A program made the translations under genes and the position numbers. From Promethearchaeota archaeon (lineage in GTDB: Archaea > Asgardarchaeota > Lokiarchaeia > Sigyniarchaeales > SOKP01), in contig JAHLWP010000011.1 of the NCBI GenBank assembly GCA_019057865.1, positions 6,248-70,247 of the forward strand: a stretch of 64,000 bases of DNA, given 5' to 3'. This document shows positions 20,076 through 30,500 of this stretch, in pieces. The notes beneath the pieces were generated by a model. The model did not search any database and was not told where the DNA came from. It worked only from the letters and a program-made list of their open reading frames with translations. Numbering within the stretch: the first letter of the stretch is position 1; each line of letters begins with the position of its first letter.

Positions 20076-20384
20076 GTGAAATATTGTAATAATTGTAAGC
20101 AAATGGTTAATCCAGAAAAAGAGTGGAATGGGTGTCTCTTTGTTTTCTTGATCTTTACGATGATTGGTTGGATCATATACTTAATATGGTATGGTGCTCA
20201 TGAGGGCTTTTGTCCCATTTGCAAGAGCAGAAATTGGGGAGAACCCCAACCTACTCAACCACAAGTCATACAACAAGTCATTCAACCGCCTAGACCTCAA
20301 GCAACAATTTATTGTTCTCTCTGTGGTTATCTTAATGATAAAAAAAATAAGTATTGTGGTAATTGCGGCAGTCTTATCAAATAA
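20076..20384 (+). CDS. LITAF-like zinc-ribbon membrane protein with second C-terminal zinc ribbon
   Basis: CxxC - hydrophobic segment - CPIC, P/Q-rich linker, CSLCG...CGNCG. Confidence 0.65.
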   Translation: MKYCNNCKQMVNPEKEWNGCLFVFLIFTMIGWIIYLIWYGAHEGFCPICKSRNWGEPQPTQPQVIQQVIQPPRPQATIYCSLCGYLNDKKNKYCGNCGSLIK

Positions 20385-20406
20385 TAATTTAAAAAATAAA
20401 CTCATT

Positions 20407-20625
20407 CTAAGAATCTTTATTTAAAGTAAAAGTATAGCCCTCGTCTCTTGATATAATTAAAATTCCCTCTTTTCTAAATTTATGCATTAGTGGTTTAACT
20501 TCTTTAAGAGGAATGCCATAATTTTCCGCCATGATTTCTATCATAAATTTAGGGAACTTTTAGCTCTTTTTCATTTTCGCAACAATGTTAAATATAAATA
20601 GATAATTATGTCTTTTTGAATCCAA
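20407..20625 (-). pseudogene. Small winged-helix-like gene with internal TAA
   Basis: TTG start; (M)DSKRHNYLFIFNIVAKMKKS*KFPKFMIEIMAENYGIPLKEVKPLMHKFRKEGILIISRDEGYTFTLNKDS*; stop at 20560-20562. Confidence 0.5.
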
Positions 20626-20718
20626 TTTATCTATTTAAAGAAAATTTGTATGAAATTCTTAGAAAAAGAATAAAAAAAGAAGGTTAGGATTTTAAATAAT
20701 TTATTTCAGAAAAAATAA

Positions 20719-21033
20719 TTATATCTGCAGAGCTTGAATTTTTTGAAGGTCTCTCATACTCACTAATGGTTCTACTTTCCAAGTATATCCTTCAACCTCT
20801 GAAAATAAACTCATTATTTTTGCTATGTATATTCCTGCCTCATCCACCTTTTCGGGATCTGTATATACAATACCATAACCTTTAAGACCTTTTCTTCCGT
20901 CAGCTGTTCCGAACAATTGCCATTTTTTAATGTAAGGCGGAAATTGTTGAGGCATTTTTTGTTGTATTTTGGCTACCTCATCTGCTTTATGAAATGGGTA
21001 CCAATTCGTTACCATAAAAATCATAAAATGCAC
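20719..21033 (-). CDS. Hypothetical protein, probable small ferredoxin-like (alpha+beta) fold
   Basis: 104-aa ORF with GAGGTG RBS; alternating strand/helix pattern. Confidence 0.65.
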   Translation of the reverse strand: MHFMIFMVTNWYPFHKADEVAKIQQKMPQQFPPYIKKWQLFGTADGRKGLKGYGIVYTDPEKVDEAGIYIAKIMSLFSEVEGYTWKVEPLVSMRDLQKIQALQI

Positions 21034-21479
21034 CTCTTTTAATTTAATTTTTAATATTTGGATTTAAAGGTAAGTTTAGTTACAATTATAATCAATATAA
21101 GTTTTTACAAAGATTATGATTTTATAAATGAGAGTTATGGAAAAACTTGAATGGTATTGCTATGTCATAGCTAGTTTTAAATAAAAATTTCTTAGAGAAA
21201 AAATCAAGTGAACTTCTAGACCTGGATTATCCATCTCTTATAATAACAATAAATTAGAAATGGAAATTGAAAAGTATTGCCTTATCTTTAAAGGAAAATG
21301 GAAATAAGTAACTGTAAAATAAAAATTATAAATGTAATGTTATTTAGGAGGGTTTAAAAAGCTTTTATTATTTAATAGGTATATCTATTATATGAAAAAG
21401 AAAAGAATGGTTTTTTTTCGAGTTTTATAGGGTTTCTAGAGAAAAAAGAATAATACTAAGATTTCTAGAGAAGGTTGAG

Positions 21480-22199
21480 ATGAAGAATTCGCTTGAATTA
21501 AAAAAAATTTATCATTATTATGGGAGCGCAAAGGTGCTTGAAGAATTCAATTTAAAAATTGAAAAGAAATCTCTAAATGCTATTATTGGCCCAAACGGTG
21601 TTGGAAAATCAACACTCCTTAAATTAATAATTGGTTTAGAAAAACCTAACAGAGGAAAAATAGAATTCCTAGGTAAAAGAATAGATGGCTTAAAAGCTCA
21701 TGAAATCACTAAAAAAGGAATCTCACTTTGTCCAGAGCGTCGCAGATTATTCTATGATATGACTGTTTTTGAAAATCTTAAAGTAGGAGGGAAACTAGTA
21801 AAAAAAAAAAGCAGGGAAATCTTTAAAGATCAATTAAACTTTGTTTATGAGATATTCCCTCGTCTTAAAGAAGGAAAAAAACAGCGAGCAGGAACGTTAA
21901 GCGGGGGTGAACAACAAATGCTTGCGATAAGCCGTACATTAATGTCAAATCCAAAACTACTCTTGTTGGACGAACCTTCAGTAGGGTTAGCTCCAATTGT
22001 AAAAAAAAAGATATTTGGTGCAATTAAAAAAATAAAGCAAGAAGGAACAACCACTTTATTGGTTACACAGGATATAATTTTTGCAATGTATGTTGCAGAT
22101 ATGATTCATGTACTTGAAGACGGAAAAATTGAAATAAGAGGAACAAAAGAAGAATTAGAAAAAGAACCTCGAATAAGAAAAGTATATTTGGGAATTTAA
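21480..22199 (+). CDS. livF: Branched-chain amino acid ABC transporter ATPase (LivF-like), orphan
   Basis: GPNGVGKST, PERRRLF-DMTVFENL, LSGGEQQMLAI, LLDEPSVGLAP. Confidence 0.85.
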   Translation: MKNSLELKKIYHYYGSAKVLEEFNLKIEKKSLNAIIGPNGVGKSTLLKLIIGLEKPNRGKIEFLGKRIDGLKAHEITKKGISLCPERRRLFYDMTVFENLKVGGKLVKKKSREIFKDQLNFVYEIFPRLKEGKKQRAGTLSGGEQQMLAISRTLMSNPKLLLLDEPSVGLAPIVKKKIFGAIKKIKQEGTTTLLVTQDIIFAMYVADMIHVLEDGKIEIRGTKEELEKEPRIRKVYLGI

Positions 22200-22400
22200 G
22201 TGATTTAATGAAAATTTAATGAAAAAAACTGAGAAAAAATTTAATACTTAATACTATATATATTAAGGTAAACTATAAATAAATCTAGGTTGTGAAGATA
22301 TGGCTACTGGTAATGCTACAATTATGGGAGGAGAATCCCAGATGGATATATAAATTAGAAGCTAATACTTTTTAAATAATTAGAAATCTATTTAATCATT

Positions 22401-23003
22401 ATGTCATTAATTAGTGATTTATATAAAATACAAAAAAAAGATCTTAAGAACGCAGTAAATGTACTCACTAATGCATTTTCTGAAGATTCAATGTGGAAAG
22501 AAGTATTTAATGATGAAGATAAGAACCATGTACTAACTGAAGTTATGGTTAGATTTTGTTTGAAATATGGTAATGTCTTATCGACATCTGATAATTTAGA
22601 AGGAGTAATGGCAATTGCACCTCATGATAAAGATATGACAACATTGAGAGTCATTCGAAGTGGTGCTTTTTTTCTTTCTATGAAAATAGCAAGCGAATCA
22701 AAGATAATGAAAGTTCTCAGTAATGCAATTGAAGAAGCGAAGAAAAGTCTTAATTTAGGCCCATATATACATCTATTAATAATGGGTGTTTCACAAGAAT
22801 TTCAAGGAAAAGGTTTTGGAGGAAAATTATTAAGAGCAATTATAGAAAAAGCTGAAACAGAAAGAAAACCTATATATTTGGAGACTCAAAAAGAAGAGAA
22901 TGTTAATCTCTATGAAAAGTTTGGATTTTATGTTACTAAAAAAATAAATCTTCCAGATCCAGTGAATTTACCAATGTGGTTAATGGTTCGAGAGGCGAAA
23001 TAA
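22401..23003 (+). CDS. GNAT family N-acetyltransferase
   Basis: GVSQEFQGKGFGGKL and NVNLYEKFGF. Confidence 0.9.
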   Translation: MSLISDLYKIQKKDLKNAVNVLTNAFSEDSMWKEVFNDEDKNHVLTEVMVRFCLKYGNVLSTSDNLEGVMAIAPHDKDMTTLRVIRSGAFFLSMKIASESKIMKVLSNAIEEAKKSLNLGPYIHLLIMGVSQEFQGKGFGGKLLRAIIEKAETERKPIYLETQKEENVNLYEKFGFYVTKKINLPDPVNLPMWLMVREAK

Positions 23004-23115
23004 ATTTATAATAAAAACTAAAAAGAGGGAGTAAAAAAATGGAAATAGATAAGAAAAAAGATGAATTTATGAAAGTGATTGTATACACAAAATACGGTAA
23101 ATTGGAGGATTCCCT

Positions 23116-23790
23116 TTGATTATCTTAATGAGGTTATCTGGTTTTCTCTTTCTGTTTATTTTGGTTTTGCAAGTTGCAATGGCATCATTTGGTTATATAT
23201 TAGAACCAATGCCGAAGCATTATGAATCAGACGCTAAGCTGCCAAAGATTAACAATAATCCAAAAAAATTTCAAATAAGCATCGTGTTAGCGCTTATAGA
23301 ACATGTTAGCGTCATTACACTTGCTATAATGTTGTTTATTGTTTTTAGTCCTTATAACATAATTCTTGGAATTGTTTGGACCATCTTTCGAATAGCAGAA
23401 GGCTCGATCCAAGTCTATAATGAAAAAAACTACTGGGGACTTCTCAATATAGCAAGACAATACTCAGTTACTAGTGGTACGGAAAAAAATTCGTTGAGTG
23501 ATTCATATCGTATCATTCTCCAAACAAAAAGCTCTAGATTCGCATTTGTAATGATCTGTTGGTCCATTGGTACACTCGCATTTTCAATCCTGTTGGTTAC
23601 CTATGAAGTGGTACCCCCAATTATTGGATGGCTAGGAATTGTTGCTAGCATTCCCGTTGGCTTCGGTAATGGGATAAAACTTGTAAAACCTAACTTTAAA
23701 GTCTTTGAAGTTCTGACATCTATCGGTGGTCTGTTGGCGATTCTATTTGAATTAATCCTCGGAGGATGGCTATTGTTTTATCCACACTAA
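23116..23790 (+). CDS. DUF4386-like membrane protein
   Basis: TM helices; RLSGFLFL, FRIAEG, P-IIGWLG, FELILGGWLL pattern. Confidence 0.7.
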   Translation: MIILMRLSGFLFLFILVLQVAMASFGYILEPMPKHYESDAKLPKINNNPKKFQISIVLALIEHVSVITLAIMLFIVFSPYNIILGIVWTIFRIAEGSIQVYNEKNYWGLLNIARQYSVTSGTEKNSLSDSYRIILQTKSSRFAFVMICWSIGTLAFSILLVTYEVVPPIIGWLGIVASIPVGFGNGIKLVKPNFKVFEVLTSIGGLLAILFELILGGWLLFYPH

Positions 23791-23798
23791 AATGGTGA

Positions 23799-24014
23799 AA
23801 AAAATGGAAAGCAACAGTAAAAGCTAAAAATCCTGATCCTTCTATAATTTGGGAGGGCCATTTTGCTGGGATTGAATTAGGATATTTCCAAATGGAAAAA
23901 TTGACCAACTTAGATAAGGTTCCACCAGTTGGGGCAACTATTTATTGCTTTCCCATTAAAATTGCGAGAGCTAGTGCTGGCTGGGTTAGAGCTGTTGTTA
24001 CAATTCCCGAATAA
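23799..24014 (+). pseudogene. C-terminal fragment of cyclase (kynurenine formamidase-like) family protein
   Basis: IIWEGHFAGIELGYFQMEKLTNLDKVPPVGATIYCFPIKIARASAGWVRAVV; no in-frame start, N-terminal part missing. Confidence 0.75.
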
Positions 24015-24045
24015 TGATTGAATTAAATTAAGAAAAAAAAATATT

Positions 24046-26265
24046 TTATTCTTCTTCTTTAAATATATCTTCTACTAATTTGGCATCATCTTTAAAGTAA
24101 ATGAGGGCACCACTCCAATCTTTGAGTACTTCTGAGTATTTTTCTTCAAAGGTTTTAACAAATTCTTTTAAACGTCCTCTTACTTCTGGGCTTTCAATAC
24201 CTTTTATAAAGAGAGCGCCAAAAATGCGTTGACCATATTCTAAAAGAATAGTAATATCACCATGGTCAATTTTTTTCAATACTTCGGTAGATTTAGTCAT
24301 TTCTTTAATGAATGAAGTAATTGCTGAAAACATTCCTGACACTAGCCCTGGATCTTGGACAGTTTCTCTAATAAAAGGATAATTAAAAATACCCCGACCA
24401 TCATCATAAATTATATATAAACCTTGTTTTTCTACTCTTTCATATGTGAAAGAAAATTCAGGTTTCCAGATACTTATTAGATTATTAAAAAAGAGATATT
24501 TAAGAGTAAAGAAAAGTCTCTTTTTTTCATTTTCATCTTCTGGTTTAAGTTGCTCTAATAATGTGTCCTTTTCCAAAATATTCAATAAATCCTTAATTTC
24601 TTCTCGTTCTTGTTCAATATCCTTTAAATCTATATCTGATTTTATAGTAATTAGGTATTGAATTTCTCCTTCAGAATAATCTTTGTATGTAATATAATCG
24701 CCAACTGAGGCAAATATTGTACTTTCTATTCGACTTTCATCAATTGGGAATTTAATACTTCTAAATTCCTTTTTGAGATAAAAGGCTATTAACCCCCAAA
24801 TGATTATATTGAACACATACCTTGTAAATAGATAAGGAACCGCCAAAAAACCTAATAAACCAGTTAGATTAGCATCTAAAGCAGCTGTTCTAAAGGTATA
24901 AAAGTTGAATCCAAATATACTAAAAAAACTTGTTTGACCTGTTATCCAGTATTCTTCTGGAGCAAAGTTAATCAAAGCTGGTGCTTGTAGAAACCCAAAT
25001 AATATGGAAACTAGGATTATTACCGGTAAAAACGATGTAAAGCTTAAGAATAGACTTTTTAAATATTTCAAGGTATAAACCAAAAGTATAATTATTATAA
25101 TTAAAGGAACAAGTTGTAAAGCAAAAAAATTGAAAATTACCATCGAATCAAATAGAATTGAATAATTAAGAGTTGGATCTACAGGAGGAAGAAATTTCCC
25201 TGAATCAATAATAGAGTCAGGATCTTCGAATGCAATAAGGTATATGGGATTAAATGCGATCATATTTAAAATTAGAAATACGAGTACAGCCAAAAAACTA
25301 AATACTATTCCATAATAAAAGTTTGTGTAATTAGTTTTTCTGATTTTTTCTTTTTTATGTTTCCACCAATCCAGTATTTTAATAAAGATGAGAAGAGCTA
25401 TTGGTTCAAAGATATTAAGGAACAAAACGAAAATGATTGAAGCCATTATAAAATATGCGAAGAAATAAAGCATTATTGGAATTGAATCTGTATATTGGAC
25501 AATAAATAATAAAATTGATAAAATCGATATAGGTGCTCCTACTGTATAAAGACTTTTGTATGTATCTCTTCTCATATCCTCTCCAATATATCTACCCTTT
25601 AATGTAATTTGGGAACTATATAATAATTCTATGCTTAAGATGAATATTGCAAGATATACAAACAGAATTTCAATGAACCACCCTAATGCTGTTTCACCAG
25701 TAAGCAATGGATCACTTTCTTTTCCTGTCACAGTTAAAATCACTTGTAAGAGGTAAAGTGATATAGGTAAAAGTACAATCATTAATTTTAATATTTCTTT
25801 TTCCCTAGTCCAATTATTTTTTATTAATTCTTCTCGAATTCGTTTATAAGGACTGTCGCTTAACTGGTAAGTCAATAATGTTAAATTGAATTTAACAGGT
25901 CCTTCTGCTTTTCTTAACCGATTCCAAACATAAAAAATTGATAAGAAAGGGGCAACACAAAAAATAAACGGTAAAGTGACTAATGGGTAATAGGCAAATA
26001 AAGATACTAACGACCCTAAATGAGAAAACAAATATCCTAATCCTACTGCATCATTTTGGCTTTCTAATTCTTCAGGATCTATTTTTACTTGGTAAATTAT
26101 TGGAAGAACCCAGTATATTAAATAAAAAACTAAAATTCCAACATAAATTCTAAGATATAGGTTTCTTATAGCTTTTTTTCGAATAAAGAAGTAGGGTATT
26201 AATAAAATTAAAATTGGAATTGCATTTACATATATAGTAAACAAAATTTCAGGAGCATTCATCAT
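24046..26265 (-). CDS. Polytopic membrane protein with C-terminal longin-like domain
   Basis: About 10-12 hydrophobic segments, then LYIIYDDGRGIF...DPGLVSGMFSAITSFIKEM...FEEKY...W-G typical of Asgard longin-like domains. Confidence 0.75.
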   Translation of the reverse strand: MMNAPEILFTIYVNAIPILILLIPYFFIRKKAIRNLYLRIYVGILVFYLIYWVLPIIYQVKIDPEELESQNDAVGLGYLFSHLGSLVSLFAYYPLVTLPFIFCVAPFLSIFYVWNRLRKAEGPVKFNLTLLTYQLSDSPYKRIREELIKNNWTREKEILKLMIVLLPISLYLLQVILTVTGKESDPLLTGETALGWFIEILFVYLAIFILSIELLYSSQITLKGRYIGEDMRRDTYKSLYTVGAPISILSILLFIVQYTDSIPIMLYFFAYFIMASIIFVLFLNIFEPIALLIFIKILDWWKHKKEKIRKTNYTNFYYGIVFSFLAVLVFLILNMIAFNPIYLIAFEDPDSIIDSGKFLPPVDPTLNYSILFDSMVIFNFFALQLVPLIIIIILLVYTLKYLKSLFLSFTSFLPVIILVSILFGFLQAPALINFAPEEYWITGQTSFFSIFGFNFYTFRTAALDANLTGLLGFLAVPYLFTRYVFNIIIWGLIAFYLKKEFRSIKFPIDESRIESTIFASVGDYITYKDYSEGEIQYLITIKSDIDLKDIEQEREEIKDLLNILEKDTLLEQLKPEDENEKKRLFFTLKYLFFNNLISIWKPEFSFTYERVEKQGLYIIYDDGRGIFNYPFIRETVQDPGLVSGMFSAITSFIKEMTKSTEVLKKIDHGDITILLEYGQRIFGALFIKGIESPEVRGRLKEFVKTFEEKYSEVLKDWSGALIYFKDDAKLVEDIFKEEE

Positions 26266-26344
26266 TATTCACATGCATTTTTTTATTAAATAAAATGTAT
26301 TTAAAATAAAGTATGCAAATTTTAATATAATAATTTAGTTATTT

Positions 26345-27463
26345 TTGAATATTTTTAAAGTTAATATGCCAAAGAATAATAAAATTGGAATTGTTGTTGA
26401 TGATGACTTTGCTTCGAAGAATATTCCCCCATATCCACATCCAATCTTTCTTTCTTACGAAACTCCCCTTAGGATCAAATCTATTTTGACTCACTTTGAA
26501 AATAGAAAAATTTTCGAAAATGAAAATGTAATTAAATTAAAACCTAAACTAATAGATGAATCGATAATTAACTTAGCTCATACAAAATATCATATTGATT
26601 CTATTAAAAATCTCTCAAATTTAGGTAGTGGCTTTCTTGGCGAAGAAATCTACATCACAGAAGACACCTTTTTACTAGCAAAAAAAGCAATTGGAGGTAC
26701 TATACAAGCAATTGAGAGTGTAATAAATCAAGATGTAAATCAATCGTTTGCTCTTATAAGACCACCAGGACACCATGCTTTGAGAGAAAAGGCTTCTGGA
26801 TTTTGTATATTTAATAATATAGCAAATTCAGTCATATTTTTACGGGAAAAACTCAATTATAATAAAAAAGTAGCAATTATTGATATTGATAGTCATTTTG
26901 GTGATGGATTAGTACAATATTTTTATGATGATCCAAATGTTCTTTATTTTTCTATTCATGAATTTGATTTTGTAGAGGGAGAAATTGGTTTTATAAATGA
27001 ATTAGGTGAGGGTGATGGTCTAGGCAAAAGTATTAACTTTCCAATACCAATGCACTGTACAGATGATACATTTTTAGAATTTATGGACATACTTGAACCT
27101 ATATTAAATGAATTTTGCCCTGATCTAATAATTATTGCTGCTGGATTTGATATGCATTTCTCAGATCCAATAGGAAACTGTAGTTTAACATCTAATTCTT
27201 ATTTCAAATTCACTAAGAGAATTTTAAAAATATCAAATGATATATGCATGGGCAAATTAGTATTTGTTTTAGAAGGTGGCTATAATTTAATAGCATTACC
27301 ATTCTGTGTCCATGCTGTCATAAATGCACTTTTAAATGAAGAATATGAACCACCCACTTTTGAGAATATTGAATTCTTAGAAAAGAGTAAAATTGAAGAT
27401 ATAACTAAAATAAAAAATTCTTTAAAAAACTTATTAGCTAATTACTGGACTTCGATAAAGTAA
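26345..27463 (+). CDS. Histone deacetylase family (class II / AcuC-AphA) protein
   Basis: RPPGHHA, GFCIFNN, DIDSHFGDG, AGFD-H--DP, LEGGY. Confidence 0.93.
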   Translation: MNIFKVNMPKNNKIGIVVDDDFASKNIPPYPHPIFLSYETPLRIKSILTHFENRKIFENENVIKLKPKLIDESIINLAHTKYHIDSIKNLSNLGSGFLGEEIYITEDTFLLAKKAIGGTIQAIESVINQDVNQSFALIRPPGHHALREKASGFCIFNNIANSVIFLREKLNYNKKVAIIDIDSHFGDGLVQYFYDDPNVLYFSIHEFDFVEGEIGFINELGEGDGLGKSINFPIPMHCTDDTFLEFMDILEPILNEFCPDLIIIAAGFDMHFSDPIGNCSLTSNSYFKFTKRILKISNDICMGKLVFVLEGGYNLIALPFCVHAVINALLNEEYEPPTFENIEFLEKSKIEDITKIKNSLKNLLANYWTSIK

Positions 27464-27481
27464 GAAAAAATTAAGAAATTA
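27406..27481 (+). repeat. 76-bp direct repeat, copy 1 (3' end of HDAC gene)
   Basis: 72/76 identical by manual alignment to 31805-31880. Confidence 0.9.
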
Positions 27482-27580
27482 TCGTCCTCAATATTTCGTA
27501 TTAACTTATAGGAATAATTAATAATCAGTTAATTCATTTTTTGTTTTTTACATTTCTGTAAGTTAAGATATCGAAATCTC

Positions 27581-30500
27581 CTATCTTGTACTTTGAATAA
27601 ACAATCTTTCTCTATTTTGCTCTTTTTCCCATTTTTTGCGCTCTGAACGTAATTTGAAGAGGTCAATATCTTTATATATCAAGCCTTCTTCTTTTGCTGG
27701 AATGTTTCTTTCAGTACGATCTTTCTCGGGGGTATAGATTAGCGAATCACCAAATTCAGCGACATTGGCGAAGAAGCAGTAAGCATATATAGATCTACGT
27801 GCATCAAAATGAGCTGCTTTAAAGTCAGCGGTAACAGGAGTAAATGCTGGATTTAAAATAATGTCTACAGCAGGTTCGAAATTCTTTAATTCTACTCTTA
27901 AATCCATATCTAAAAAGTCTCGACATATAGCGATAGCAATTCTTCCGTATTCAGTATTACAGACTAGTATTTTTCGAGGTCTTGAGGTGGTTTCTATAGC
28001 TTCTTTAAATTTTTTATCTTTAAAGTGAATTATAGCTGGAATATGTTTTTCTTGTTTCCATAGAATTCTTTCAGGAGAGATAACCATACTTATATTTTGT
28101 TTTGTTTCTTGGTCGTGATAGGAACCTGGAATGATATACATATTATATTTCTTGGCGAGATTTGATATCTCTTCCAAAAATTCTATATAGTTTAAATCTA
28201 TAGTCATTTCTGGAAAAATTAGAACATTAATTTTATGTTTACCAGCATTATCAACCATTTTTTTAACATTACTTATCACAGTTTTTATTTTATCTTTTTT
28301 AAATCCCAACAGACCAGAAGATTTCTCTTCAAAAAATTCTGTTATAATTTCACCAGTTTTTGATAAACCAATTTGAGCAATACCTATTCTAAATTGACTT
28401 TTTTGGATTTTAAAGTCCTGATTAAGAAAATCTGTATATATTATTTCATATTTTTTCCTTTCAGTTTTCTCTTCTACAAATCTTCTTAATATATTATCTG
28501 TGATTTGACGTACTTCACTTAATCTAGGAGGTTGACTGATTTCTATAGGACAAGCCGGAGCAATTATACCAGTTGTGCTTCCAGAAATCTCAGGTTTTTT
28601 AATTGAATTTAAAGCAGAAAACAAAATCTTTTCTTCCTTTTCAATCAATCCAATACGATTCAATACTTCATTTTGTTTATCTTCGTAACCTGCTTTACCG
28701 AAAAGATCTGCTGTTGATTTTAGAATTTGCTCTCCTAATTTAAGAAGTCTTTCTTTCTCTTTTAATTCCATCTCTTCATCTGCTTTAATTATATGCCATA
28801 CACCATCAAAATAAGTAGAAGTAGCTATAGCCCAATTTGCACCATTTTTAAAACCTCCCTTCTCATAAGAAGTTGCAGCTCCTCTTAACATTGCTTTAAT
28901 GTTTGGATACAATTTTACTTTAGTTTCTGAGTCATAAGACTCATCAAATTTACATCCTAGTTTTAAAGCATTACAGAAAGCAGAATTCCCAGACGCTAGC
29001 AATTTCATTTTATTATCAGGAAAAGTTTGGCTTGCTTTTGAGAATAGATCTGCTGCTTCTGCATATCTTTCTGGTTCTAAATAATTTTCAGCGAATTCCA
29101 TATTCTCCCAGGCTTTACAGAGATAATAAACTGCTTTAAGTTCCTCTCGTTCTCGTTTAATTATAAATAGAGTGCAAATATCTCTAATTTGAGAAGCTGC
29201 TGAGGAAAATTTTTCTGCAGCATCAATATGTTCTCCTTTTTTTCCTAAGATCTTTGCTTTTTCAAGGTTTATTCTGGCTGAGCAATAATTCATCCTTATT
29301 TTGGCTATATTCTCGAGTTTCTTGATTCTTTCTTTTTCAATTTTATCTTTAGATTGTATAAAGGATTTTTCTAGCGTCTTTATAGCGTTATAAAAGATTT
29401 TTTTGGTTTTTTCGAAACTCTCAATGGCTTCATTATATTTTTCTTGTTTACTGAGGTGCTCTGCTTCCTCTTGTGATATCCATGCAGAAAAGTAGAGTGC
29501 TTCGTAATTGTACCTTGGTATTCTTTTTAGAATTTCACACGCTTTTTCGTAACATTCTTTAGCTTTTAAGTGACTTTCTCTTTTATTGTATGATTTTGCC
29601 TTTTCGATTAGATTCCAAGCATGGGCATATTCAATTTTTTCATTGACCCTTTTTTTCAAGAGTTTGTATTCAATGGTTTCAAGTGACTTTCCGTAAGCTT
29701 TTTGAGCTCTTTTATAGTGTTCCGCAGAAGCCGTGTGATTGCCCAGTCGATCTTCTATGCGTGCTATATATTCATGAGCAGCAGCAGCACAAAAATCATA
29801 TCCCCTTTCTATACTTTGATTTATAACTTCCTGTAAGGTTGTTTTTGCTTCTGAAAGAAAAGAAATATCTTTGGTTAAAATGCTAAATTCTTCGTAAAAT
29901 AAACCTAACCTTAATTGCGTTGTAAGAATTCCAGTCCTAGATTCAACATTACTTTGCATATATTTTTTAATAGAATCTATCGCAGAAGAAAGCATATTTA
30001 CTTTTTTATCAATGGGTTCTACAATCTCTGCGAGTGTTTTATATGCTTTATATAAAGATGCAGAACCAGCATTCTTGACCCAACCTCCTTCATATTTTTC
30101 TGCAATAGTTTCTGCTTTCTTTGCATATTCAAGTGCAGTCTGGGCATGTTTTTCTTTTTCTGTTTTATTTTTACTCAAAAGTGCTAGTCCGCAGTACGAC
30201 AAAGTTAGCATTTGGCACAACCAAGCTGAAAATGGTTCAAAAACAATTGTTTTTATAGCATTAGAAGCAATATTAATCCCTCTTTCAGCATATGACTTCC
30301 TATCTGATAATTTAAAAAATTTACTTTGTGCAAAATTACCATAAATCATAGCTGGTAAGAAACTAGTATAAAATTGCCAATTTGTGAAAGAATTTGAAAA
30401 CTTTTTACCATGTTCTAAAAATTCTTCTAAGTCATTAAAAATTCTCTTTTGAATATAATCAATTTTACCTCCAAGAAAGGTATGCCAATCCAAACAAAAA

